Shown here one piece after another: positions 28,688 to 41,234 of a DNA stretch of 64,000 nt (the stretch's first letter is position 1; the number at the start of each line of letters is the position of its first letter). The notes beneath the pieces are model-generated. The model saw only the letters and a list, made by a program, of their open reading frames with translations, did not search any database and was not told where the DNA came from. Both the position numbers and the translations under genes were made by a program. This DNA comes from an uncultured bacterium (GTDB taxonomy: Bacteria > Verrucomicrobiota > Verrucomicrobiia > Limisphaerales > UBA8199). Where the stretch lies: positions 320,001-384,000 of the forward strand of contig CAVVMW010000014.1 in the NCBI GenBank assembly GCA_963749495.1, read 5' to 3'.

Positions 28688-30437
28688 TGCCGTAGAGCGG
28701 TCCGAAGTTGGCGCAGGCGCGGAAATCAGCCGCCTCGAGGTCGGCGGTGCCGAAGGCCGCCCATGTTGCGGGCCGGAAGATCTGGTCTTCGCTGACGTTG
28801 TGCATATAGACGGGGATGCGCAGCATGGAGGCGAGGGTGATGAGCTGGGGGCCGATATGGCCGCAACTGATGACCCCGTGGTTTGCGCCCCAGGCATTCA
28901 TGACCGAATACACGTCGCGGAAGGGACCGCCTCCGTTGACCCTGGGCGCGAACCAATGCGTGGGCCAGGTGGGGTCGGTGCGGTTTTCCAGGACGCTGTG
29001 AATCTCCGGCGGGAGGTCGACGAATTGTCCCTCGGCAATCTGGAGGGCGGGGCCCAGTCCCTTGATGAGGTTGAGGCGGAACATGGTGGCGGGCATATCG
29101 ACGCGTGTGCCGAAGGAGCTGGAGAAGCCGCCGCCGCGGAAATACTCATAGTTGGCCGGGGGCCAGACGGTGGCGCCGAGGCAGTCCAGGGCCTCCTGCG
29201 GAGTGATTTCCCAAAACGGCTTCATGGCGGGGGCGCCGTTTTGGGTCTGTCGGCCGCAGCCATCCAGGGCGGCCGCCCCGGAATTGATGAGGTGGAGCAG
29301 ACCCTGCGCGGCCGCACCGGTGGCTTGGCGCCCGGTCACGCGCCGGATGGACTCCGGGCTCCAGTAAGTCCGCACGTCGGCGAAGACCTGCGCCGTGTCG
29401 GTCAAGAGGTGGCCCAGGAGCATGCAAACGCCATTGAGCGAGTCATTTTCGGTGGCGACCAGGTAGGGCTCGCGAATGCCGTTCCAGTCAAAAGAGGTGT
29501 TGAGGATGGCCTCCAGGAAGTCGCCGTTGGGGAAATGGTCGGTCCACTGGCGCTGGCCCTGGAAACCGGCCAGGATGGCGTTGTGCCCGAGGGCCTCTTC
29601 GCCGAAGCCCAGCTTGGCCAGGCGCGGATTGCCGGCCATCAAGTCGCGCACGATCATCGCCGATTTGACGACAAACTCCCATTCCCAATCCTTGCGCTTG
29701 CGGCTGCGGGGCGTGGCGTTGCGGTCCTGCCCTTCAGGGCAATGCTGCCGCACCCAGGCCAGCGCCCGCTCGAATTCCTCCGGGTCAAAAACCTTCTCCT
29801 CGATGCGCCGCACCAGTTCGGTCATGTCCACGCACTCCACGCGCATCCCCAGATTGTCCTCGAAAAAGTCCTGGTTTACGATCGAACCCGCTATCCCCAT
29901 CGAGACGGCGCCCACCGAGAGATAGGACTTGCCGCGCATCGTGGACACGGTCAGGGCCGCTTTGACGAACTGCACGAGCTTCTGGCGCACGTCCGCCGGG
30001 ATGTTCGGGTCGCCGGCGTCCTGAACGTCGCGCCCGTAAATGGTGAAGGCGGGCAGGCCCTTCTGGCCGTGAGCGGCGCTGACGGCGGCCAAATAGACGG
30101 CGCCGGGCCGTTCGGTGCCGTTGAACCCCCAGATCGCTTTGGGCACCAGCGGCTCCATGTCCATCGTCTCCGAACCGTAGCACCAGCACGGCGTCACCGT
30201 GAGCGAGACCCCGACGCCCGCCTTGCGGAACTTCTCGGCCGCCATGGCCGCCTCGGCCACACCCCCGATGCACGTGTCCGCCACGACGCACTCGACCGGC
30301 AGGCCGTTGGAATGGCGCAGCGTGGATTCAATGAGCCTGGCGACCGCCTGGGCCATGGCCATCGTGGTCTTTTCGAGCGACTCGCGGATCCCTTTGCGCC
30401 GTCCATCGATAGCCGGGCGAATGCCGACTTTGGGCAT
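28674..30437 (-). CDS. fucI: L-fucose isomerase
   Basis: [62 protein letters not shown]. Confidence 0.97.
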   Translation of the reverse strand: MPKVGIRPAIDGRRKGIRESLEKTTMAMAQAVARLIESTLRHSNGLPVECVVADTCIGGVAEAAMAAEKFRKAGVGVSLTVTPCWCYGSETMDMEPLVPKAIWGFNGTERPGAVYLAAVSAAHGQKGLPAFTIYGRDVQDAGDPNIPADVRQKLVQFVKAALTVSTMRGKSYLSVGAVSMGIAGSIVNQDFFEDNLGMRVECVDMTELVRRIEEKVFDPEEFERALAWVRQHCPEGQDRNATPRSRKRKDWEWEFVVKSAMIVRDLMAGNPRLAKLGFGEEALGHNAILAGFQGQRQWTDHFPNGDFLEAILNTSFDWNGIREPYLVATENDSLNGVCMLLGHLLTDTAQVFADVRTYWSPESIRRVTGRQATGAAAQGLLHLINSGAAALDGCGRQTQNGAPAMKPFWEITPQEALDCLGATVWPPANYEYFRGGGFSSSFGTRVDMPATMFRLNLIKGLGPALQIAEGQFVDLPPEIHSVLENRTDPTWPTHWFAPRVNGGGPFRDVYSVMNAWGANHGVISCGHIGPQLITLASMLRIPVYMHNVSEDQIFRPATWAAFGTADLEAADFRACANFGPLYGKAKG

Positions 30438-30713
30438 GTCACCAATGAGGCGATTGGAGGGCGGGTTGAGCTTCAGGGCCGCGCGTCAACTTGTTGTTGG
30501 CATAAATCAGTTGTGGCTTGCCGCTGGGCGTCCGCGAAGGCAGGAGGGGTGCGTCGCCCGCCCCCAGGGCGCTCAAGACTGGCTACGGACATTAGTGCCT
30601 TACCGGGAAGATGGCGACAAGTTTGTTTTGGGGCTCACGGCCAAGGCTGTGAGACAGAATTCTTGTTGGAGCTCCAGATCACAGTTCTCAGAGATGATCT
30701 GGCTCTTCGCTTC

Positions 30714-30800
30714 TTCGTTTCCTTCGTTTCCTTCTGTTCGTTTGCAGCCTCCCACCGGCTGGGCACAGGAACAGAACAGAAGGAAACGAAGGAAACGAAG
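30714..30800. repeat. Inverted GAAGGAAAC 9-mer arrays
   Basis: TTCGTTTCC repeats 30714-30735 and GAAGGAAAC 30779-30800; related run at 35551-35610. Confidence 0.75.
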
Positions 30801-30917
30801 AGGCGGCCGGAGGGGCGCCATCGTTGTGGTCCGTGCCAGTTCGTATCTGAATTCCTAGAGACCCTCTGTGATGAAAGCCCAGCAAAATCCACTTTGTGAA
30901 GATTTCCGTCCTGCACC

Positions 30918-31997
30918 TCACGGCCAAAGTGCGCCTGGCATCGGGCGTAGTTGGAGCTTCGCGGGGTCCAGGACCACATGTTTGATGCGTTGGCGCTTCC
31001 AGGTGTAACTGATCTGGACCAGTCCATCGCTGCCCTGGATGACGGCCGGGTAGGAGAACTCCTGGCCCGGCCCCTGTTCCAGCACCAGGGCGGCCTGCCA
31101 GTCGAGGCCGTCGGCGGAGACCGCCACATTGAGCGGGCTGCGCGCCCTGGGCCTGGCCTTGTGGTTGTACACCAGGAGGTGCCTGCCGTCCTTGAGCGTC
31201 ACGGCGTCTATGCCCGAGTTCGGGTTGGGCAGCGCCGTCAACGTCATCTTGCCCCACGTCACTCCGCCGTCGCTGGAGGCTATCTCGAAGATCCGGTCCT
31301 GCCGGGTCCGGCCCAGGGCTTGGAGGCGGCCGTCCCGGAGTCGGAGGATTGTCGGCTGGATGGCGCCGATGGTCTCGCCGTCGTTGACCGGCCCGGAAGA
31401 CTGCCACGTCGTGCCGAGGTCGGCGGTGCGCTCGAAATGGACACGCCAGCCGTGGTCTTCGGTGCTGGACGGGCACAGGATGTCACCGTTGGCCAATTGC
31501 ACCGGCTTGTTCTTGATGGGGCCCAAAACGCCCTCGGGAAGCCGGCGCGGCGCCGACCAGGTTTGGCCGCCATCCGGCGATGTCATGAGCATGCCCCACC
31601 AGGAGTTCGGATGGGGTCCGACCTTGAAAAACAGCAGCAACGGCCCGTTGCCCGGCTGGAACAGCACCGGGTTCCAGCATGGGTAGCGGCGGTCGGGAGA
31701 TGCCACGCCATTGGCGACTTCCACAGGCGCGGTCCAATGCTTGGCGCCCCGCCGGCTCAACCATATCCCGACATCCGGGTGCCCCTCCCGCGTGCCCCCG
31801 AACCATGCCGCCACCAACCCGCCTTCGGCCGCCTCGGCCAGCGTCGAGGCATGGCACTCCGGAAACGGGGCGCTTTCGTAAATGAATTCTTCGCTCACCA
31901 ACCCAGGCCGCTCGGCGCCCAAAACAGCCACGGCCATCAGCACCACCCCGTAACACGCCGCAAGATGCGTAAACTCCCGCCCGATCTGGAATGTCAT
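30918..31997 (-). CDS. BNR/Asp-box sialidase-family (BNR_2) protein
   Basis: ECHASTL, WFGGTREG, WNPVLF, Asp-boxes SPDGGQTW, TADLGTTW, SSDGGVTW; SYPAVIQ. Confidence 0.88.
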   Translation of the reverse strand: MTFQIGREFTHLAACYGVVLMAVAVLGAERPGLVSEEFIYESAPFPECHASTLAEAAEGGLVAAWFGGTREGHPDVGIWLSRRGAKHWTAPVEVANGVASPDRRYPCWNPVLFQPGNGPLLLFFKVGPHPNSWWGMLMTSPDGGQTWSAPRRLPEGVLGPIKNKPVQLANGDILCPSSTEDHGWRVHFERTADLGTTWQSSGPVNDGETIGAIQPTILRLRDGRLQALGRTRQDRIFEIASSDGGVTWGKMTLTALPNPNSGIDAVTLKDGRHLLVYNHKARPRARSPLNVAVSADGLDWQAALVLEQGPGQEFSYPAVIQGSDGLVQISYTWKRQRIKHVVLDPAKLQLRPMPGALWP

Positions 31998-32056
31998 AGG
32001 CACGAAATTCCCCAAGGCCCGCCGCCTCGTCAAGCGGTTTCACAAAGCGCCCGAGC

Positions 32057-32327
32057 GGGTGCGATCAAAAGTGTTGGGCATGCGCCTCGGGAGTTTTGTC
32101 CCGGAGGGACATCTGAGAATAGCCCGGCGTTTCAACGCCGGGGGAGGCCGCAAAAGGGACCCTCGTCCCGAAGGGACGACTGACAACACTCCTCGCTTTC
32201 AGCCGTCCCTTCGGGACGGGCCTGCTCTTTGGGTCCGCTCACCCGGCGTTGAAACGCCGGGCCATTGTCGGAAGCCCCTTCGGGGCAAAAAGGCGCCGTG
32301 GGCTGACCGACAGTTTTGATCGCACCC
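32057..32327. mobile_element. ~270 bp MITE-like element (family C), copy 2
   Basis: Perfect 14 bp TIR GGGTGCGATCAAAA / TTTTGATCGCACCC; body closely matches 2452-2721. Confidence 0.88.
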
Positions 32328-32380
32328 CGCCCCCAGCCCGGTGCTTGACCTCCGGGGCGCGTCGTGGCCATATAGCTGCC

Positions 32381-33730
32381 ATGTCTGAGCCTGTGACATC
32401 TGCGGCGCTCGCGCAGCCGGCCGCCATACCCCGCACGAGCCATTTCCGCTGGGTGATCTGCGCCCTGCTCTTCTGGGTCACGACTGCCAACTACATCGAC
32501 CGCGGCGTGTTCGGGAACCTGGCGCCGGAGTTGGCCCGGAAGATCCCCGGCTGGAGCCAGGAGGCCTACTGGTACATGCAGGTGGCTTTCAACGCGGCCT
32601 ACGCGGTCAGCCTGTTGTTGGCCGGGCGGTTGATGGATGTCGTGGGATTGCGGTGGGGTTTTGTGCTGGCGTGCGCCTTTTGGGGACTGGCCTCGATGAG
32701 CCACTCGCTGGTCAGCACGGTCACCGGCTTTTTCGTCGTCCGCATCCTGCTGGCCCTTGGGGAGGGCGGCAACTTTCCCGCGGCGATCAAGACGACGGCG
32801 GAGTGGTTTCCCAAACGCGAGCGGGCGCTGGCCACCGGGATCTTCAATTGCGGCACGAACGTCGGGGGCCTCCTGGTGCCCTTGCTTTTGCCCTGGGTGG
32901 TTTTTGCCTTTACGCAGGTCACCTTCTTTGGCGGCCATTCGCTGGGGTGGCGCGGGGCGTTCCTGGTGACGGCCTGCTTCGATATCACCTGGATTATCGC
33001 CTGGTTGCTCATCTATCGGCGGCCCCAGGACCATCCCCGAGTCTCGCCGGCCGAGTTGGCCTGGATTAACAGCGACCCGCCCGAGCCGACCGTGAAGATC
33101 CCGTGGCGACGGCTCTTTCCTCACCGGCAGGCCTGGGCGTTTGCGATGGCCAAGTTCATGACGGATGGCTTCTGGTGGTTTTACCTGGTTGGCGCCCCGT
33201 ACTTCTTTGCCGACCGATTCGGTTTGGACCTCAAGAAACGCGGCGCGCCGATAGCGGTCATTTACGTGATGGCCTCGCTGGGGAGCATTGGCGGCGGCTG
33301 GCTGGCGGGCCATTTCATGAAGCTGGGCTGGAGCGTCAACAAGGCCCGCAAGATGACCTTCCTGGTCTGCGCCCTCTGTGTGCTGCCGGTGGTCTTTGCC
33401 ACGGTCACACACAATCAATGGGTGGCGGTGGCGCTGATTACCCTGGCCGCCTCGGCCCACCAGGCCTGGTCGGCCAATGCCTTCAGCCTGGCCTCCGATA
33501 TGTTCCCGCGCCGCGTCGTCGGCGCCGTCACCGGCTTTGGCGGTTTTGCCGGCTCGATCGGGGCGATTGCGCTGTTCCTCATCGTTGGCCATCTGCGCGA
33601 GGCCGCCATCGCGCGCGGCGAGCAGGGCGATTACTTCCTCATCTTCCTGGCGGCCAGTCTAGCCTACCTTTTCGCCCTCGTTATCGTCCACCTCCTTGCG
33701 CCGAAGCTCGAACCGGCGGACGTCGAATGA
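32381..33730 (+). CDS. MFS transporter, ExuT/hexuronate (ACS) type
   Basis: RWVICALLF..NYIDR, GEGGNFPAAIK..AEWFPKRERALATGIFN.G, HQAWSAN. Confidence 0.92.
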   Translation: MSEPVTSAALAQPAAIPRTSHFRWVICALLFWVTTANYIDRGVFGNLAPELARKIPGWSQEAYWYMQVAFNAAYAVSLLLAGRLMDVVGLRWGFVLACAFWGLASMSHSLVSTVTGFFVVRILLALGEGGNFPAAIKTTAEWFPKRERALATGIFNCGTNVGGLLVPLLLPWVVFAFTQVTFFGGHSLGWRGAFLVTACFDITWIIAWLLIYRRPQDHPRVSPAELAWINSDPPEPTVKIPWRRLFPHRQAWAFAMAKFMTDGFWWFYLVGAPYFFADRFGLDLKKRGAPIAVIYVMASLGSIGGGWLAGHFMKLGWSVNKARKMTFLVCALCVLPVVFATVTHNQWVAVALITLAASAHQAWSANAFSLASDMFPRRVVGAVTGFGGFAGSIGAIALFLIVGHLREAAIARGEQGDYFLIFLAASLAYLFALVIVHLLAPKLEPADVE

Positions 33731-34073
33731 CGAATGACGAATGACGAATGGACCGAATGCGGAGTGCGGAGTGAGGAGTGCGGAGTGCGGAGTGTGCCAG
33801 TGGGAATCCTGGGTCTGGATTGCGGTGCGAGGAATGACGAATGACGAATGACGAATGACGAATGACGAATGACCCGCGTGGCACCGCGTAGCGGTGCTTG
33901 ACGGTAGCCGTGGACTTCCAGTCCACGGATCTCCGGCCCAACATGACCTGCGTCGCGTAGCGACGCCTGAAAACGGCGAAGCCGTCAGGCGTCGCTACGC
34001 GACGCGCGACCGTTCCCAGGCCACGAACCGTGGACCTTGGTCCACGCCTACCTTCGCTGCGTCGCTACGCGAC
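33726..34073. repeat. Composite of AATGACG arrays, GGAGTGC heptamer array and family B palindromes
   Basis: AATGACG 33726-33749 and 33832-33873; GGAGTGC 33758-33795; family B 33883-34073. Confidence 0.85.
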
Positions 34074-35498
34074 TTACCCCAGTTGCCACGGCGGGCGGTA
34101 GGGCCGGCTCAGGAGTTGGGCAGCCTCGGGGTCGTCGAGGATGACCTCGTTCTGCGGGTCCCACTTGATCTTGCGTCCGATGCGCTTGCCGTTTTCCTCC
34201 TGGCCCAGGAGCATCGAGATGAGGCCAAGGTGGCCGGGGATGGCAGAGTGATGGGCGGTCAGGGCGGGGGTGATGGTGGGTTTGCGGGACTTGACGCAAC
34301 TGATGAAATTGGCCTGGTGGTTGTCGGAGCGGTAGAGGTGGACGGTGCAGGTGTCGGGCAGCTTTTGGAGCCAATCCGTGTTCGAGCAGTCAAGGCCGCC
34401 GCGGTCCACCCAAACCCAGCCGTCGGTGCCGATCCACTTGGCGCCGCTGCGGATGTCTCCATGGCCGCCGGCAATGATCATGGTGATGTCCTTGGGGTAC
34501 TTGAGAGTGATGCGGTAGCGGGTGCAGGTGTTCCAGATGGCGTCGGGGCGCGGGAATTCGCCATCGCCCTGGATTTCCGAGGGCCCGCCGGTGCTGTCCA
34601 TGTCCAGGCCCCAATGGGCGATGTCGCAATGGTGGCCGATCCAGTCGAGCAATTGGCCGCCGCCGACGTTGTAGTTCCAGCGCCAGTTCATGTGGACGCG
34701 GGCGCCGATGTACGGTTCCATCTTGGAAGGGCCGAGCCAGGTTTGGTAATCGAGTTCGGGCGGGGGCTGGCTGATTGCGGCGTCATATTCGGGCATGCCG
34801 GGGACGACCTTGGCAAGGAACTCGGCCTGCGCGCCCGGCCTCAGCTTGGCGGCCATCGGTCCGCCCGTCTCGGCGAAATCGGTATGGCCGTCGGGTAGGC
34901 CGACTTCTACGCGGGTGACCTTGCCGATGAGGCCGTTGCGGACGATCTCGGCGGCGCGGCGGAACGGGCCCTGCGAGCGCTGCCAGGAGCCGGTCTGCCA
35001 GATCCGCTGGTTCTCTTGAACGGCCTTCACGATGGCCTGCTGCTCGGCGATGGTCCGCGCCAGCGGTTTTTCGCCGTAAATGTCTTTCTTGTTTTTGGCG
35101 GCCTCGGTCGCGACCAGGGCGTGCCAGGTGTCCGGCACCGCGAGCATGACCGCGTCAATGTCCGCGCGGGCCATCATCTCGCGGTAATCATGGTAGGCCT
35201 TGCAGTCCTTGTTGCCGTATTCCTTGTTGATGCGGTCCACGCCGGCTTGCAGGTGGTTCTTATCCAAATCGCAGGCGGCGACGACCTGGCAGTCTTTGAG
35301 TGCCAGGAAGGCATCGGTGTTGTTGGGGCCCTGCATGCCCCAGCCGACTACTCCAAGGGTAACGCGCTCTGAAGGAGCGGCCTTGTCTTCCAGCCCCAGG
35401 GCGCTGGCGGGGATGAGGGTCGGCGCGGCAAGGGCCAGACCGGTCGTGGCAAGAAAGCGGCGTCGATTCATACCTGAATTGTTCAAGGACTTTTTCAT
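34074..35498 (-). CDS. Tat-exported Gfo/Idh/MocA oxidoreductase
   Basis: NRRRFL; GVVGWGMQG; PDTWH; YGEKPL; QTGSWQRS; DWIGHHCD. Confidence 0.92.
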   Translation of the reverse strand: MKKSLNNSGMNRRRFLATTGLALAAPTLIPASALGLEDKAAPSERVTLGVVGWGMQGPNNTDAFLALKDCQVVAACDLDKNHLQAGVDRINKEYGNKDCKAYHDYREMMARADIDAVMLAVPDTWHALVATEAAKNKKDIYGEKPLARTIAEQQAIVKAVQENQRIWQTGSWQRSQGPFRRAAEIVRNGLIGKVTRVEVGLPDGHTDFAETGGPMAAKLRPGAQAEFLAKVVPGMPEYDAAISQPPPELDYQTWLGPSKMEPYIGARVHMNWRWNYNVGGGQLLDWIGHHCDIAHWGLDMDSTGGPSEIQGDGEFPRPDAIWNTCTRYRITLKYPKDITMIIAGGHGDIRSGAKWIGTDGWVWVDRGGLDCSNTDWLQKLPDTCTVHLYRSDNHQANFISCVKSRKPTITPALTAHHSAIPGHLGLISMLLGQEENGKRIGRKIKWDPQNEVILDDPEAAQLLSRPYRPPWQLG

Positions 35499-35678
35499 AG
35501 CGGTCCAATGAGGCACAAATTGGCGCCCGATGGCGAGAAGAAAATTGAACAGAAGGAAACAGAGAAAACCGGAAGAGGAACAGAAGGGAACGAAGGAAAC
35601 GAAGGGAAGAACGGGAATCCGGTGAGCCGATCGCGGGAAGCCCGAAATCCTGAATTCGTACATTGGGGTGCCGGCAGC

Positions 35679-36176
35679 TTACGGGCTGCGCACAGCGATG
35701 GGGTCGCCGACACAGATGGGGCCGGAGCGGAGGACCTCGGCCAGGACGCCCTGGCGATGGCCCGACATGCGCTCGCGCAGGCCCTGGCAGACCGCGTCCA
35801 TCTTGGCGCAGGGGTCTCGAGGCGCGGCAACCAACAGGACCGCCCCGCCGATCTCGACCTCGCGCCCCACCAGGGCGACCAGGTCTATGCCCTGGGTCTC
35901 GATGTTCGAGCGGGCGGCGCCAGGCGCAATGCCGGCCAACCCCAGCGCCGCCGCGTGCTCGGCCAATTGCTCGCGCTCGATCAGGCTCACTTGCCGCCGG
36001 CTCGGCTGGCCGGTCTCGCGGCTGAGCCGGCCGAAATAGCGCGTATCGCCGCCCAGCCCCTTTGCCTGGACCGCTTCGACCACTTCCACCGCGAGCAAGG
36101 GCGCGCCCGGCTCCGCCGGGTGCAGGTGCAACGAGGCCACACGGCCTGGAGGGAGCTTGTTCGGTTCGGCATTCAT
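35679..36176 (-). CDS. MOSC domain protein
   Basis: GLGGD, RQVSLIE, PGAARSNIET.GIDL, PCAKMD, GVLAEVLRSGPI.VGD. Confidence 0.85.
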   Translation of the reverse strand: MNAEPNKLPPGRVASLHLHPAEPGAPLLAVEVVEAVQAKGLGGDTRYFGRLSRETGQPSRRQVSLIEREQLAEHAAALGLAGIAPGAARSNIETQGIDLVALVGREVEIGGAVLLVAAPRDPCAKMDAVCQGLRERMSGHRQGVLAEVLRSGPICVGDPIAVRSP

Positions 36177-36496
36177 TTCAGAAACCAGTATGGTCGCGAC
36201 GGCCATGCCGGGCAAGGGCGCGCAGATCGAGTGCGGACATCATCCTGAGGATGGAAGGGACATAAGGGACGCGCGTGAAAAGGACGTGTGTCGCCGCGCG
36301 CGAAGCGTCTTGGAGTGCGGCAGTCCTCTGCCGCTTTCAGGTTCGCAGGCTCCCAAAAGCGCCAGAGGACTGGCGCAGACCAACACCTGGCGGGCCAGGT
36401 GCGTGCCTCGTCCCTCGCCCCTCGCTCAGTAAAAACGGCCGGTCCCGTGTGGGGCCGGCCGTGAGAACGGAGAGCGGTGCCGAGGTCTGGCTGGGC

Positions 36497-37847
36497 TCAA
36501 GCTTGCGTGGGAACCACGGGCGGGTCCTTGAAGATATTGTGCCGGCCGGGCAGGGGCGGCTGCAAGGTGCGGAAGTCGCCGTACTGCATCTTGGAGCAAT
36601 CGTCGTAGAGGGCCGGGGGGCCGTAAGCGAACTCGGACTTGAGGATGGCGTCCCACTCGATGGCGGCGCCGCTGTAGGCAGCTTCACGGCCCATGATGGC
36701 GGTGAGGGTGCTGTCGGTGACCTGCGCGGCTTCGTTGAGCGGCGTGTCGTTCTCGATGGCGTTGATGAGGTCGATGTGCTCCTGGACGTAGGCGTCTCTG
36801 CCGTTGTCACGGTTGCGCCAGGTCCAGCCGCCCTTGGCCACGATGCTGCCACCGGGATTGGAGGAGCCGCTGGTGCCCTGGACCGCCTCGCTCACGGAGG
36901 ACCAGTCGCGCTTGATTTGGCCGCAATAGGCGAACATGCGGACGCCATGAGCATACTCGTATTCGATGGCGAAATTGTCCCAGATCTCGCCGGATTCGGT
37001 GGGCAGCCTGCCCAAGATCTGCCGGGCGCCCATGCCCCAGCACCGCACGGGGTGGTCCTTCATGATCCAGTTGCCGACGTCCAGGTTGTGAACGTGCTGT
37101 TCGCAGATGTGGTCGCCGCTCAGCCAGATGTAATGATACCAGTTGCTGATTTGCTTTTCGAGGGCGCTATCGCCCCGCGCGCCCCCGTCCCGGACCTTGT
37201 GCCAGATCTGGCCGCCGTTGACCCAGTAAACGCGCAGCGTCACGATGTCGCCGATGGCGCCATCATGGATGCGCTTGATGGTCTCGATGTAGCCGGTCTG
37301 GTGGCGGCGCTGAGTGCCGGCGGCCACCTTGAGATTCTTCCTTTTGGATTCCTCGGCGGCGGCATACATGATCCGGGCGGTGGGGCCGTCGACGCACACC
37401 GGTTTTTCCATGAAGACATTCTTGCCGGCCTCGACGCAGGCCTTGAAACGCGGGGCTCGGAAGCCGGGCGGGGTGGCCAGGATGGCGTAATTGACGTCCA
37501 GGGACCTCGAGGGCCTTCTTGTAGGCGTCGAAGCCGCTGAAGCACTTGTCCGGGGCCACGCCGAAGATATCCTGGCCGCGATTGGCCTTGTCCTGCCAGA
37601 GGTCGGCCACGGCCACGATTTTGCCATCGACGCCGGTCGCCTTGACCGCCTCGCGGAAGTTGTCGCCGGCGCCGCTGCCGCGTCCGCCCAGGCCGATGAT
37701 GACCGCGCGGATGGGCTGCTTGGCCTGGGCGTGGAGGATGGAGGGGAAGCTGGCCACGGCCGCAGCCGAGGCGGCTGCGATCGAGGAGCTCTTCAGGAAC
37801 TGCCGGCGAGAGAGCGCCGAGGAGGGATGATTTGATTGATCTTGCAT
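36497..37847 (-). CDS. Tat-exported Gfo/Idh/MocA oxidoreductase, frameshift at ~37500
   Basis: SRRQFLK; IGLGGRGSGA; ATPPGFR; FMEKPVCVD; GTQRRH; EQHVHNLD. Confidence 0.9.
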
Positions 37848-37957
37848 GGTACTCTGGGTTTTATGTTGGTCTGGTGTCAGTTGCGGTTCTTAAATCGCAG
37901 TCATGACCGTCACGACGCGGCGGGCGCACAAAACACCCGGCCCGCACTGGGCCGAGA

Positions 37958-40125
<2,168 letters not shown>

Positions 40126-40209
40126 GATCGCAAAAAATGCGGCGCACAGTTTGTGCGACGTGCCGGCCCGGTGTCAAATACAAGAGGTGCGAGGGCGAGG
40201 GTCGAGAGC

Positions 40210-40380
40210 GGGCGCATCCTGGCACTGCCCCGGAGTGCGCCCGTCCTCGGGCGCAGCAGCGTAGGAGGGGGCAAGCGCGCGGGAGTGTTTTACGGCTGCC
40301 CTGGCTGCGGACGTCGCTGCGCCCGAGGACGGGCGCACTCCAGCCTCGCCGCCGGCGGTGGGGGCAGTCGGGATGCCCCC
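40210..40380. mobile_element. MITE-like element: GGGCGCATCC..CACTGCCCC shell around family G palindrome (intergenic copy)
   Basis: Core GGAGTGCGCCCGTCCTCGGGCGCAGC...GCTGCGCCCGAGGACGGGCGCACTCC; the same element lies inside smc at 44870-45045. Confidence 0.85.
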
Positions 40381-40443
40381 GTGCGGACCGAGGGCCGATT
40401 TTTCACTTCTTTCAGGTCCGTGAGGGGAGTATATTGCCGTTGG

Positions 40444-41001
40444 TTTTGGAAGGGCGGAGGATCGCTCCCGGCGCGAGCCGGGGGAGGAAAGTCCGAACAC
40501 CAAAGGGCGCGATGCCGCGTAACCTGGGGGCGCCTTCGCAAGAGGGCGGGCCTCGGGATACACGCGGGAGGCAGTGCCGCGAGGCCTGCCGACGGACAGT
40601 GCCACAGAAAACAAACCGCCCAGCCCTTCCTGAAGCCGCCGGCAAAGCAGAGCACCAGTGTGTATGGACTGCGGGCTTGGGCTCGCAGTGGTTGGTGCTT
40701 GGGAGCGCCGGCTGGCCTCAGGAAGGGTTGGGTAAGGGTGAAAAGGCGGGGTAAGAGCCCACCGCTCCAAGCGCAAGCGCGGAGGCACGGAAAACCCCAT
40801 CGGGTGCAAGGCCAAATAGGGGACCGCGGGGCGGCCCGCTCCACCCCGCCCCAGTTGGGGGCTGGCGCATTTTTGGCGCGCCAGTCCCCAACTGGGGCGG
40901 GTGAGTCCCGGGTATTGGCTGCTGAGACAAATGATTCTCTCCTCTGCCCGTTCTCCGGAAGGGGCAGAGCAGACAGAAATCGGCTTACAGCCCTTCCAAA
41001 A
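40444..41001 (+). ncRNA. rnpB: RNase P RNA (type A, enlarged)
   Basis: GAGGAAAGTCC, AGTGCCACAGAAAA, GGGTGAAAAGGCGGGGTAAGAGCCCACC, GCAAGGCCAAATAGG, ACAGAAATCGGCTTA; P1 TTTTGGAAGGGC / GCCCTTCCAAAA. Confidence 0.95.
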
Positions 41002-41040
41002 CTATGGAGGGTTGGGTCGCACGTAGAAACGCGGCCGCAC

Positions 41041-41220
41041 AGGAGCGCGGACGAGGGGGTCCGCGCTCCTGTGCGGAGCCTGTCCCAGAAGCTCCGAATT
41101 CTGAGACCTTTGTCGGAACCTTTGTCGGAACCTTTGTCGGATTGGCGCTTTGTTCGACAAAGGTGCCGACAAAGGCTGCGACAAAGGTCCCGAATCAGAG
41201 CTTTTGGGAAAGGTTCTATA
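41041..41220. repeat. Family H hairpin (AGGAGCGCGGAC...GTCCGCGCTCCT) plus family E element with AGCCTGTCCCA-type shell
   Basis: 41041-41070 hairpin (also 54388-54455); 41077-41218 E element. Confidence 0.8.
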
Positions 41221-41234
41221 CAGGGGTCCGGCGC

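Noticed and set aside
30438..30503. In-frame ATG...TGA upstream of fucI suggesting readthrough or selenocysteine
   Set aside because: It lies in a non-conserved leader, I see no SECIS-like evidence, and a start at ATG 30437 or a nearby CTG explains the gene.
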